From assembly GCA_032118015.1 (NCBI GenBank), contig JAULYE010000010.1, forward strand, positions 5,113 through 69,112: 64,000 bases of DNA, read 5' to 3'. Below the pieces are notes generated by a model, which was not told the DNA's origin, made no database searches, and was given only the letters and a program-made list of their open reading frames with translations. This DNA is from Ilumatobacteraceae bacterium. Its GTDB lineage: Bacteria; Actinomycetota; Acidimicrobiia; Acidimicrobiales; Ilumatobacteraceae. The position numbers and the translations under genes were made by a program. This document shows positions 51,257 through 61,200 of this stretch, piece by piece (the first letter of the stretch is position 1; the number at the start of each line of letters is the position of its first letter).

Positions 51257-52879
51257 ATGATGAAAGGTCGAGTGATTGCACTGTGGCTCGATGGGTTCGA
51301 CATGGATCGGGCCGATGCGTGGCAACTACCGAATCTGGCCCGTCTGGCTCAGCAAGGAGCCGTGGCAACTCTGCACAACGGGACGGCGCATTACACGGGT
51401 CTGACAGGTGAGCATCTGTCGACGGGATTGGATCCGACAGATGCCCGCCGTGAGAGTGGCATTCACTTCGATCCTCAGACCTACGAATGCATCCAGGACG
51501 GAGTTGTACACAAGCCCATGATTGGTGGTGTTCCCACCGTCATCTTCGACGTGTGTTACTTCGACTTGGACAAAACGGGCAACGAAGTTGTGGGCATCAC
51601 CGACTGGGGTGCGCACGATCCCGGAGGTCCATGCCAGTCCAGGCCCGGGACTTTGGCCGAAGAGATCCACGAGCGATTCGGAGTGGACCCTGCTCGAGCA
51701 TGGATCTATGTCACTCCATGGGCATCGCGTGCAGCGTGCACACAGATGGGTCGTGCATTGAGCCAAGCAGTGGGTATCCGCAGTCGGATCGCACAGTGGC
51801 TGCTGACCGAACGATTCACCGATTGGAAACTGGCTGTCATTGGCTTTTCTGAATCACACAGCGCAAGCGAGGGACTGTTCCACGGTGCTGACGCAACGTC
51901 TCCATGGGCTCGTCTGAGATCAGCGCCCCAGGCTGGCAAAGCTCTGCGTTCGGTGTATGCCGCAGTCGATCGAGAAGTTGGGGAGATCGTCAACGCATTC
52001 CCGAATGACACAGTGGTTCTGTTCTCTATGCACGGCATGGGACTGAACAACAGTGACGCGCCGAGCATGGTGCTTTTGGGAGATCTCCTGGCCAGGTGGT
52101 GTGATATTCCTCACAAGCCGGTCAGGTCATTCCCGCTCGACCGTCGCGGTATACCGAAATTGTTATCGTCGCAATCATGGGTGTCGGAAATTCTTGGCGC
52201 ACATAGCAGCGGTCGAGTACCAAGTCTGCGGCGTGTGGCGAGGTCGGTCCGCCGACGCTTGCCCAAGCGTGTGCAGCATCTCATCGCCCGTGTGCGTCGA
52301 CAGGCGGTCACTGGCACGCGTCCCGTCAGGCCGAATCTGAAACCGGGACAGTTGTCGCTCGACTGGATGCCGATCATGCGATTGCGAAATCAATGGTCGG
52401 GTATGAAGGCGTTCGCTGTGCCGTCGTTCTATGACGGACGGATACGCCTCAACGTGCAGGGTCGTGAGGCCCACGGAGTCGTGAACGTGGACGAGTACGA
52501 CGCAGTGATTGACGAGATCGAGACGTTGATCATGGCGTGTACGGAATCGCGCACCGGCAAGTCGGTGGTGAGAAAGATCGAGCGCCGCACCGGCGATCCA
52601 CTGCAACGAGCCAATGACGATGTCGATCTCATTGTGTATTGGGCTGACGATGTGCTTGGGTTCTCTCACCCTGATCTCGGTGTCATCGGCCCGGTTCCGC
52701 CGCGCCGCACCGGTGGTCACGTCAGTCCGATCGGGAGGTGTGTCATCGTTGGACCGGACACAAAGCCCACGAGCCTCGGCATGTGGAGCTCGTTTGATGT
52801 GATGCCGACCATCCTGGGTCTCGCGGGAGTAACAGTGACGACTCCGATATCCGGCAATGTCAAACTGCCTGTGGGATGA
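51257..52879 (+). CDS. Alkaline-phosphatase-superfamily protein (type I phosphodiesterase / nucleotide pyrophosphatase-like)
   Basis: VIALWLDGFDMD N-terminus, FSESHSASEG, LFSMHGM, GGHVSPIG. Family call made by eye. Confidence 0.5.
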   Translation: MMKGRVIALWLDGFDMDRADAWQLPNLARLAQQGAVATLHNGTAHYTGLTGEHLSTGLDPTDARRESGIHFDPQTYECIQDGVVHKPMIGGVPTVIFDVCYFDLDKTGNEVVGITDWGAHDPGGPCQSRPGTLAEEIHERFGVDPARAWIYVTPWASRAACTQMGRALSQAVGIRSRIAQWLLTERFTDWKLAVIGFSESHSASEGLFHGADATSPWARLRSAPQAGKALRSVYAAVDREVGEIVNAFPNDTVVLFSMHGMGLNNSDAPSMVLLGDLLARWCDIPHKPVRSFPLDRRGIPKLLSSQSWVSEILGAHSSGRVPSLRRVARSVRRRLPKRVQHLIARVRRQAVTGTRPVRPNLKPGQLSLDWMPIMRLRNQWSGMKAFAVPSFYDGRIRLNVQGREAHGVVNVDEYDAVIDEIETLIMACTESRTGKSVVRKIERRTGDPLQRANDDVDLIVYWADDVLGFSHPDLGVIGPVPPRRTGGHVSPIGRCVIVGPDTKPTSLGMWSSFDVMPTILGLAGVTVTTPISGNVKLPVG

Positions 52880-53805
52880 CATCACCGTTACGTTCTGCTC
52901 AACCAATCGCAGGTGGACGACCGATGGCCTCTGTCGTGATCCCTGTGCACAATGGCGCGGCAACGATCGGTCTGCAACTCAATGCACTCCTGGCACAGGA
53001 TGTCGCGACCTCATGGGAGATCGTGATTGCTGACAATGGCTCTACGGATGGCACCCGTTCTGTCGTCGAGTCACATCGGATCACGAACAGGGTTCCCATC
53101 CGCATCGTCGAGGCCTCTCAGGTTCGTGGCGCCAATCATGCTCGAAATCGTGGTGTCGAGGAAGCGCGAGCGGATGTGATCGTTTTCTGTGACTGTGATG
53201 ACGAGGTGCGCCCAGGCTGGCTTGCTGCACATATCGACGCCTTGTCAATCACCCGCAGTGCCATCACTGCAGGGCCCGTCGTGATCGATCGGATCAACAG
53301 TCTGCAGGCACAACGTCAGTCCAACGGACTCGTTGCTCCGGGTATTGCCGGCGATGTGCAGTTCGGTTGGGGTGCAAACTTCGGCTTTCATCGCAGCGTC
53401 TGGGAGCGCTGCGGACGATTTGACCCGGATTTCCTCTACGGGTTCGATGAGATCGAATTCATGGTGCGGGCACAGAGATCTGGTGCGCAGTTCGTCTGGC
53501 TCGAAGACGCCATCGTCGACTACAGGATTCCGAGTTCTGTGTGGAACGTGATCCGGAAATACTTTCGACAGGGTCAGATGTATCCACGCATCACCACTCT
53601 GCATCCAGATGTCTTCACGCCTCTGACGCTGTGGGGTGCGCTGATGAATGTACGTCGCGCAGGCGTGCGCATTGTCAAATCGGTGCTCCGGGCTCGACGT
53701 CATAACGCAATTGCAACGTTTGCTTACCACTACGGGATCTTTGTTGGGATCCTTGGTTCACGAATTCGACGCCGAACACGGCACAAGCTTTTACCACGTC
53801 ACTGA
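52876..53805 (+). CDS. Family 2 glycosyltransferase
   Basis: ASVVIPVHNGAATIGLQLNALLAQ...EIVIADNGSTDGT...VIVFCDCDDEV (DxD). Confidence 0.85.
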   Translation: MTSPLRSAQPIAGGRPMASVVIPVHNGAATIGLQLNALLAQDVATSWEIVIADNGSTDGTRSVVESHRITNRVPIRIVEASQVRGANHARNRGVEEARADVIVFCDCDDEVRPGWLAAHIDALSITRSAITAGPVVIDRINSLQAQRQSNGLVAPGIAGDVQFGWGANFGFHRSVWERCGRFDPDFLYGFDEIEFMVRAQRSGAQFVWLEDAIVDYRIPSSVWNVIRKYFRQGQMYPRITTLHPDVFTPLTLWGALMNVRRAGVRIVKSVLRARRHNAIATFAYHYGIFVGILGSRIRRRTRHKLLPRH

Positions 53806-53824
53806 TAGTTGAGTGTGAAGCGCA

Positions 53825-55939
53825 TCAGCTCGGCGTGATGAACGACCACACGCCGCCACCTGCATCAGTTCGACCAGTTGCGTTGACGGCTCGAACCTGC
53901 CAGTAGTAGCGAGTGTTGGCGCGTAACACAGGTGTGGTGTAATAGGTGCCTGTCACGCTCGTCCATGATCGGCAGCGGCTCGATGTCGACAGGCATACTT
54001 CATAGCGGTCTGCGTACGGCGAGGCATCCCATTCGAGTGTGTAGGTCGGTCCATTGAGGGTTGTCGCAGCAGCGATCGGCACAGACTTGCTGAACACGCC
54101 CGGCATCGGAGGAGTGAATCGCAGTGACACTGTGGTCGAGACCGTTCCGCCACCCGCATCCATCAGGGTGACCGTGACAGGGAACGTCCCAAAGACGGTG
54201 GGAACACCACGAATGGCATTTCCCACCAACGTGAGTCCGTCGGGAAGCGCTGTCGAGGTCCATGTGTATGGCTGCACACCACCACGACCCGACAGGGACA
54301 GAGCGAAGTTCGTCATCGCTCGCTGGGGTCGCGGTGCTCGAACAGATAGTGACGGTAATGAGACGCGCATCGACCATGTGCTACCAGCGTTGGCGAGTGT
54401 CGTACCGACGGAGTTGCCCGCGCGCACCTGCCAGTAGTAGCGGCTGTTGTTGCGCAGAAGGGGTGTCACGTAGCTGGTGTCGGTGACTCGCACCCACGAC
54501 GAACAACGCGATGAGGTCGCGAAGCACACCTCATACCATTGAGCACCCGTCGAGGCATTCCAAGTCAACGTGACTCGGGATTGGGAGACCGTTGCGCCGC
54601 TCGATGCCGGGTTTGTCTTGCCGAAGGCTGCTGGCGGGGTCGGTGGCGGCGGCGGAAGCGTCTCGGTGGGAACGACGAGAAGTTTGTTTGGTGAATTCGT
54701 TCCCGCATTCGTGACGAGACCAGTCGAGGCACTCGTGGTCAACGACTGGACGATCTGTGCTGGGGTTGCCGTGGGATTGGCGCCAAGGATGAGAGCTACG
54801 ACACCGGCCACATGTGGTGATGCCATCGACGTTCCGCTCAGCGTCTCTGTTGCAGTCGCTGAGTAGGGGTAGGCCGCTTCGATGGCCTGTCCGGGCGCAA
54901 AGATATCGACACACGATCCGTAGTTCGAGAAACCGGTACGTGCATCTGACGAGGTTGTCGCTCCAACTGCCACTGCTAGGGCAGATGACGATGGTGTGTA
55001 CTCGCAGGCGTCGTCATTTTCGTTTCCTGCGGCCACGACGACTGTCACACCAGAGGCGACCAAGTTATTGATCGCAGTGTCGAGGATCTCGCTCGTTCCT
55101 TCTGCTCCCAAACTCATGTTGACGACAGACGGACCAGAGGCCTGTGATGCAATCCAGTTGAGACCGGCGACGACATCAGAGAGGTATCCGCCGCCGCCAC
55201 AGCCGAGAACACGCACGGGCACGAGCGTTGCCAACTTGGCAACTCCCCATGTGGTACCTGCAGCGGAACTCGCAACGTGTGTGCCATGGCCGTTGCAGTC
55301 ATTGGTTCCCCAACCGTCGTACACAGTCGTGAACCCGGACGCCATGCGATTGGCGAAATCGACGTGCCATCCGTAGATGCCAGTGTCGACGATGTACACA
55401 TCCACACCCTCACCTGCGGTGTCCGGGTAGGTGAAACTCGAGTTCAAGGGCAGATTCGGCTGATCGATACGGTCGAGGTTCCACGGGGGACTGGATTGGG
55501 AGGCAGCCACGGTGAACATGCGGTTGGGTTCGACGGCCAGGACGCTCGGATCCTGGGCGATCTCGATCGCCTCTGTTGCGGTGGCTTCAACGGTGAGGGC
55601 GGGCACGACGTCGGTGAAGACCTCCGTCACCTCCACGTCGTCGACAACCACGAGTTCACGGGTTTCAGCGGCGACGTTCGTGCCCGGTTCGTAGAGAACC
55701 ACATATTCGGACGTCGCAGTCGGACCGACCTCGGGAGCCGGTTCCGGGGGAAGCGTGGTGTCGAGCGGGGGCGCTGATGAAGCGACGGGCGCGACCGTGG
55801 ACTCGGTGACGTTAGGGGATTCGACGAGGACAGAGGTCTCTGTCGGGGTCGATGTGTCCGTCGGGACAGCAGCCGAGGCCATCTGGGGAACGAACATCAT
55901 GATGGCTAGCGCCGGAATCGCCCAGTGTGACCTTTTCAT
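53825..55939 (-). CDS. Secreted S8 (subtilisin-family) serine peptidase with an I9-like propeptide and a C-terminal Fn3-like / Ig-like extension
   Basis: Signal peptide MKRSHWAIPALAIMMFVPQMASA. Catalytic triad contexts are YIVDTGI, HGTHVASS and SGTSMASPHVAG. The C-terminus carries two copies of a ...YEVC..TSSRC.SW..VT...Y.TP.LR.N.RYYWQVRA module flanking an Ig-like segment (YTWTSTALPDGLTL). Confidence 0.9.
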   Translation of the reverse strand: MKRSHWAIPALAIMMFVPQMASAAVPTDTSTPTETSVLVESPNVTESTVAPVASSAPPLDTTLPPEPAPEVGPTATSEYVVLYEPGTNVAAETRELVVVDDVEVTEVFTDVVPALTVEATATEAIEIAQDPSVLAVEPNRMFTVAASQSSPPWNLDRIDQPNLPLNSSFTYPDTAGEGVDVYIVDTGIYGWHVDFANRMASGFTTVYDGWGTNDCNGHGTHVASSAAGTTWGVAKLATLVPVRVLGCGGGGYLSDVVAGLNWIASQASGPSVVNMSLGAEGTSEILDTAINNLVASGVTVVVAAGNENDDACEYTPSSSALAVAVGATTSSDARTGFSNYGSCVDIFAPGQAIEAAYPYSATATETLSGTSMASPHVAGVVALILGANPTATPAQIVQSLTTSASTGLVTNAGTNSPNKLLVVPTETLPPPPPTPPAAFGKTNPASSGATVSQSRVTLTWNASTGAQWYEVCFATSSRCSSWVRVTDTSYVTPLLRNNSRYYWQVRAGNSVGTTLANAGSTWSMRVSLPSLSVRAPRPQRAMTNFALSLSGRGGVQPYTWTSTALPDGLTLVGNAIRGVPTVFGTFPVTVTLMDAGGGTVSTTVSLRFTPPMPGVFSKSVPIAAATTLNGPTYTLEWDASPYADRYEVCLSTSSRCRSWTSVTGTYYTTPVLRANTRYYWQVRAVNATGRTDAGGGVWSFITPS

Positions 55940-56060
55940 GGACCGAAGCCTATTCCTTGAAGTCGGTCATAACGATATGACAAGCGTCCAATTTCGACAG
56001 TCTCTGACCAGGCTCGGAGACCGCTGACGGTTCGCTCGGGGTTCCGCCCTCAGAGGCCTG

Positions 56061-56597
56061 TCACCGGGTGAGGCGTTGCCGCAGGATCAAAAGTTGCCTG
56101 CGGAGCATGATCCCGTCGCCTGGTCCGAGTAGGCAACGGTCGACAGCGGCGCCGCCGGGCACGGATACCCGCGAGCGCATCCGGGTCACCAGGCGTGTGC
56201 CGGCCGGATCGTCCCACAACTCATAGGCGAGAGTGAAACACAGGCGATGTGCCAAACGGCCCTTCGGTACGACGCGCAACACGAACGCCCGTGGCGGCTC
56301 GACAATCACGGCTTCGAAGTCGATCGGCCCACCGGGTACGGAGGATCCGCTGTGGACGTCCTGCCATTCGGGGTTGATCGTGCGAGCGCTCCGACGGCCC
56401 AGGTTGTCAATCCAGTCGTAGCTGTACCAGCCGGCCCGGCCGAACCCCATCTGGCGAATCCACGGGAAGACGTCCTGGGCAGGTGCAGGCAACGTGATGC
56501 AGCGGGTCGCAACAACACGCGCATCAGGGCACAGGTCGTCGCCGACTACAGGCCCTGCGATCTCGTCGGGCGTCGCGCCCCAGTGCTGGAGAATCAC
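56061..56597 (-). CDS. SRPBCC-family (polyketide cyclase/dehydrase-like) protein
   Basis: APAQDVFPWIRQMGFGRAGWYSYDWIDNLG pattern. 4-nt overlap with the upstream gene. Confidence 0.6.
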   Translation of the reverse strand: MILQHWGATPDEIAGPVVGDDLCPDARVVATRCITLPAPAQDVFPWIRQMGFGRAGWYSYDWIDNLGRRSARTINPEWQDVHSGSSVPGGPIDFEAVIVEPPRAFVLRVVPKGRLAHRLCFTLAYELWDDPAGTRLVTRMRSRVSVPGGAAVDRCLLGPGDGIMLRRQLLILRQRLTR

Positions 56598-57109
56598 GCG
56601 GACTGATCCAGGGAGCGATCAGCTGTTCGCGGCCATATCAGCCACAGAATCCACGCGGCCATCACGCCACGCACAGTCCAGGCCAAGGTGCGCACCAAGT
56701 TCGCCGTCATCAGGCGATCGTGCACGGCGGCATCGTAACCATCGGCGAGGTCACCGTGCGCCGGAGCAGACCAGAATCCGCTGATCACGAGGACGACGGC
56801 CATTGCCGCGGCACCAATCAGCACAGGTATCTGCAGGTCATGGCGCCCTCCGAGGAAGGCCAACCACATCAGAGCCAACAGAGTGAGACCTTCGATGAGC
56901 CAGGGCACAGCCAGAAGCGGTCCGATGCGGTCGACGTGCGCTGCCTGGTACTGCGCATAGGTGTCGGCGCCGACTTCAGCGAACAGCGGGTAGTGAACCG
57001 TGTGGATGGTCCAGATCATCCCGACCATGAACCATGTCGCCACCACGTGGGTTATGACGAGGATTCGTTCCTGGGCAGGAGAGATCTGGACAGGAGAACG
57101 TGACCTCAT
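56594..57109 (-). CDS. DUF1772-like integral membrane protein
   Basis: Start at ATG 57109 (MRSRSPVQ). There are four TM segments. VHYPLFAEVGADTYAQYQAAH resembles the DUF1772 / anthrone-oxygenase family. Confidence 0.55.
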   Translation of the reverse strand: MRSRSPVQISPAQERILVITHVVATWFMVGMIWTIHTVHYPLFAEVGADTYAQYQAAHVDRIGPLLAVPWLIEGLTLLALMWLAFLGGRHDLQIPVLIGAAAMAVVLVISGFWSAPAHGDLADGYDAAVHDRLMTANLVRTLAWTVRGVMAAWILWLIWPRTADRSLDQSA

Positions 57110-57125
57110 GGGGCAGAGTTGAACG

Positions 57126-57160
57126 TCGACATGGTGAGAATCGACATGGTGATCATCGAT
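57126..57160. repeat. 15-bp tandem repeat (tcgacatggtgagaa / tcgacatggtgatca plus a partial unit) in an intergenic gap
   Basis: tcgacatggtga occurs at 57126 and 57141, followed by tcgat. Confidence 0.8.
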
Positions 57161-57234
57161 TCCTTCGGTGCGGCTCATCAGCGACAGCGTAGGTTTGTCG
57201 TCGACAGCCAAAACAACTGCCGAGGCCCGAGCTG

Positions 57235-58233
57235 TCAGCGGCTTTCGATGGCTTCGATGGCCAAGTTGGTTAGTGTCGTGTCGTCGAGATCCCGAGGACC
57301 GCAGGCCGCAACCACGGCGCTTCGTCCGTCGAAGTCGACGTAGGCCGTGCGACCGCACGGGTACACACCGATCGAGTGGCGGGCACCATCGACGATCACT
57401 GGCTGTGTCGTGACGTCACCAGGCTCGGCGAGTCGGGCGGTGAGGACACGATTGGCCACAGTGTTCGAGAACACGTCGACCCACAAGAAAGCATCTTCAC
57501 CTTCGAGATTTTGAGGGGAGGGTTCGTAGTTGATGGTCCACTGACAATTGCCATCGTCGTATGTCAGAGCGACAACAGAGTCGTACTGTTCGATCGGGAA
57601 ACCATAAGAGCTTGCGATCGACGCGTTGGGCAGAAGATCCGAGCACCCGTCCTCGTCGGTCAGCGGAAACACTCCGCATTTCACACCGTCGGCTCGAAAG
57701 CGTGGAGTCTCGCCGGCTAGGCGGGCAAAGTACGTGCTGCCGAGAAGGTCGGTGAGGTTGGCAGAAGCCGACGCCAGACTCTCCGGGTTGGTGTCGGGCT
57801 GCAATACATCCGCGAGGCGCGAGTTTTCGTCCATCTCGAATATCCGCAATTGTTCGATGACGACATCCGAATAGCCCATGGTGCTCTTCAGCTGCTGCTC
57901 ACCGAGATCGAAGTTGTCCTTCAGCAACTCGAGCAGCAGCTTGGTTTCAGATGGGGCAACTCCGATGAGAAGGTCGAGAGTGGCGGCCAGGCTCGGCGAA
58001 AGATGCAGGATCAAGTTGGCGAATGTTCCTTCGCGCAAGCCCGCGAATTGCGCGCCGGCAATGTCGCCCATCATCGTTCCCATACCGTCGCAGTAGGCCT
58101 CATTCACGCCGTCATCGGAGTACGACCGAATGATGCCCAATGTTGCGGCGACCGCCGCCAATGTTGCAACCACGGCAACAGCGACCCTGCGACGGTGGTT
58201 GTTGGACCCAGGTGTCGTTGATGTGGGGGTCAT
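57235..58233 (-). CDS. N-terminally membrane-anchored extracytoplasmic protein, unknown function
   Basis: NNHRRRVAVAVVATLAAVAATLGII signal anchor. ATGA-coupled to the giant upstream gene. Confidence 0.6.
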   Translation of the reverse strand: MTPTSTTPGSNNHRRRVAVAVVATLAAVAATLGIIRSYSDDGVNEAYCDGMGTMMGDIAGAQFAGLREGTFANLILHLSPSLAATLDLLIGVAPSETKLLLELLKDNFDLGEQQLKSTMGYSDVVIEQLRIFEMDENSRLADVLQPDTNPESLASASANLTDLLGSTYFARLAGETPRFRADGVKCGVFPLTDEDGCSDLLPNASIASSYGFPIEQYDSVVALTYDDGNCQWTINYEPSPQNLEGEDAFLWVDVFSNTVANRVLTARLAEPGDVTTQPVIVDGARHSIGVYPCGRTAYVDFDGRSAVVAACGPRDLDDTTLTNLAIEAIESR

Positions 58234-61200
58234 GATTCAGTGACGGGCGCGCAGGGGAATGGGGTACGGGCACAGTAGGTCTGCACGCCATCGACGCCGT
58301 TCTGGCGAACCCAGTTGGAAAAGCGCGGCCGCTGCGCCTCGACACGAGCCCAGGCGATGTTGACCATCTCATCGAACGACTTGCGCATGTAGTACTCGTC
58401 GCCTTGAGGCCCGGTCGAAATGTCGCTCAACTTGAGTGGCAGTCCAACGTCGTTCCCATCTTTGTCGAGACCTGGCGTGGAGAGTGGATTCTCACGACAC
58501 TCGATCGAGATGTTGGGAACGATGTTGCTTTCGAGGGCGAGCGCTGCGAGAAGTTGCTCAGTGTTCAACGACTCGTAGGTGGGAAGCTCGGCGCAGTCGA
58601 ACAACACCACGACGAGGTTCTCAATGTCCGTCAGGACAGTGTTCTTCCCAATGCTGAATTCACGCTCCACGAATTTGTAGAAGGTGTCGTCGCCCGGACC
58701 TCCGGAGATTTCGCCACCGGCAGCGGTGCCAGAGACGATCTTGTCGTCACCACCACCACCACTGATCTTGTTATTGCCCTGGAACGAGACGAGCTCGTCA
58801 TCACCTTCGCCACCGTCCATCTCGTCATCTCCATCACCGCTGTCGATGCGGTCGGCACCGTCGCCGCCATTGACCTTGTCGCCGCCAGCACCCGAGGACA
58901 CGATGTCGTCTCCGCCACCGGTGTTGATCTCCTTGCCACCTTCTGGGACATCGACAATGTCGTCGTTGTCGGTGGTTTCGATGACTTCCAGCTCGCCATC
59001 TTGTTGTTCAGCAGGCGTACTGGCGACTTCTACAAGCACTCCACCACCAGGCAGGGTGGTCGTGGTCGACGTCGTCGTGGGCGACGGCGCCAAACCAGGC
59101 TCCGTCGTTGTCGGAGCAGACGTCGTCGGTGCTGTCGTCGGGGAACTCGTGGTCGACGTCACCGTCGGAGTCACCGTCAACGTTCCAGCGACGAACGTGA
59201 TCGTGTAGTTGGTCGACGTCGGCCCTGTCGCCGAACAGGTGATCTGGTAAGTCCCGGCAGCAGCATCTGCACCAACGGTCGAACACGCCACTCCAGAAAT
59301 CAGAGCAGGATCCACGCCTGTGACTGTGAAGTCGAGGAAGGGGTTCGGGGAACCCTGTGGGCGCCTGTAGGAGTCGGCTCGGATCGTCACCGGCACGGGT
59401 GTGATGGTCAACGTGCCGGGGCGGTACTCGACTCTTTTGTAGTTGACGCTCGTCTGACCGCTACACACGATCTGGTTGGCGTACGTGCCAATCGGGGTGG
59501 TGCGCGATGCGCCGGTACAACGTAGGGTTCCGTTCATATTGGCCGAAAGGTTCTCGACCTCACCCACGAGTTGCGTCGGGAAAGCGGTCGAGACGGTGCC
59601 GTAACTACGCGTCACAGGCTCTGCTACAACGCGCATACGCCGGGTGATGATCAGCGTTTGGTCAGTCTTCGGCGAGTTGTTGGAACGATCTGAAATGACC
59701 TCGATGTTGAAGGGGATCGACTCTGGAATGAGATCCGATCGATGCAACGTACGAACGACCAGCGTGCGGGTCACGACTCCTGAGCCAGTGCCATCTTCAG
59801 TGGGGACGATGATGTCGACGAGGTCGGAGTTGGGGGCTTGGCCATCGACGTTGAATCTGTATTCGATTCCCTCATCCAATTTGTCTAGAAGTCCAGAGCC
59901 GGTGACACGCAGGGTCACCGTTGCAGCCGCACGTGGTGACGTGTTTTGGAGAACCACATCGAATTCGCGCTCGACGTATTCAGGTGCTGCGCCAGTTGTG
60001 CCTGGCTCAGCGGGGTCCTTGAACAGCTCGACCGTACGGGTGGTGCGACCAGAAATCTCCACGAGAGGGGGGCAGAGGCGCTCGAAGACTTTTGACGAGA
60101 TGGACACGGCCCCAGCGTCGGTAGCTCGTGTCAGTGTGGCCTTGTAATAACGATCACGGTCGGTTTCAGTCACCGGCCAGGTGATCTGACCAAGACCGTC
60201 TGCGACAACGGGGACATTGTCATGGAGAACGACTTCGTCGTTGCCACTCCACGATGAATAGACCGACAATAGATACGTCGCTCCAGGAAGGAGATTCCAA
60301 GCTTCGACGACCGGATCACAGACTTTGGGGCTGTTGCTCGGCTGCATCCACAGGATCTCCGAATCGTAGAAGTCACGCATCTGGAGGACACCCCGGCTGT
60401 CCTTGGCCACGTTGGCCGTCACCGTTGCGGTCGTCTTGGTCGAGCCAACAGTCAGCTCGACGGTGAAGGTGTCCGTTGTGGCGGTGTTGCCCGAACCCCT
60501 GCCATCGTGGGTGTACGTCAAGTTACGTCCAGATGTCGTGGCGTCACCCGCCTTGGCTCCTGAAGCACGTAGTGACCACCCGTCCTCACAGAGGCTCTTG
60601 CCGTCGATAGTGGAAGGAAGGATTTCCACGGTCGCAGAACCAGCAAAATCGACGTTGAAACTGAGATTGGAGATGGTCGGGACGGAACACGTGGGAGCCA
60701 CGTCGATCGTGATGCTCACCGACTTGGTGACCGATGCACCAGTGCGCGAGTCAGTGACGGTGTAGCTGAAAGTGACGGTCTTGGTTGCGGTCACCGACTC
60801 AGAGGGGCGGAACTCGAGATTACGGGAATTACTGGCATTCACCTGAACGGCCCCGTCAGCGCCAGACCAGTTGTGGGTCACTGAAACGGTGGCGCCAGTC
60901 GGCACCTTCAGATCCTTTGCGATGTCGATATCGAAGACACCATCGATCGCAACGGAACCGGAGATGTCAGAGGCCTCGAGGTCGTCAGCGAGGACGTCGA
61001 CAGTGCGGCTCGTGGCGGTACCGAGGTTGTAGTTCCCACTTTCGTTGTTGGGCCTGGAAATCGAGATAGTGAACGACGTGTCAGCAGCAGCGAACGTCGT
61101 GTTTTCACAGGTGGTGGCCGTGAACGTGACCTGACTCTGACCGTTCGGAATGGTGACGGCACCACCGGAGACATTGTCCAGTTTTGCGACAGCGCTACCC

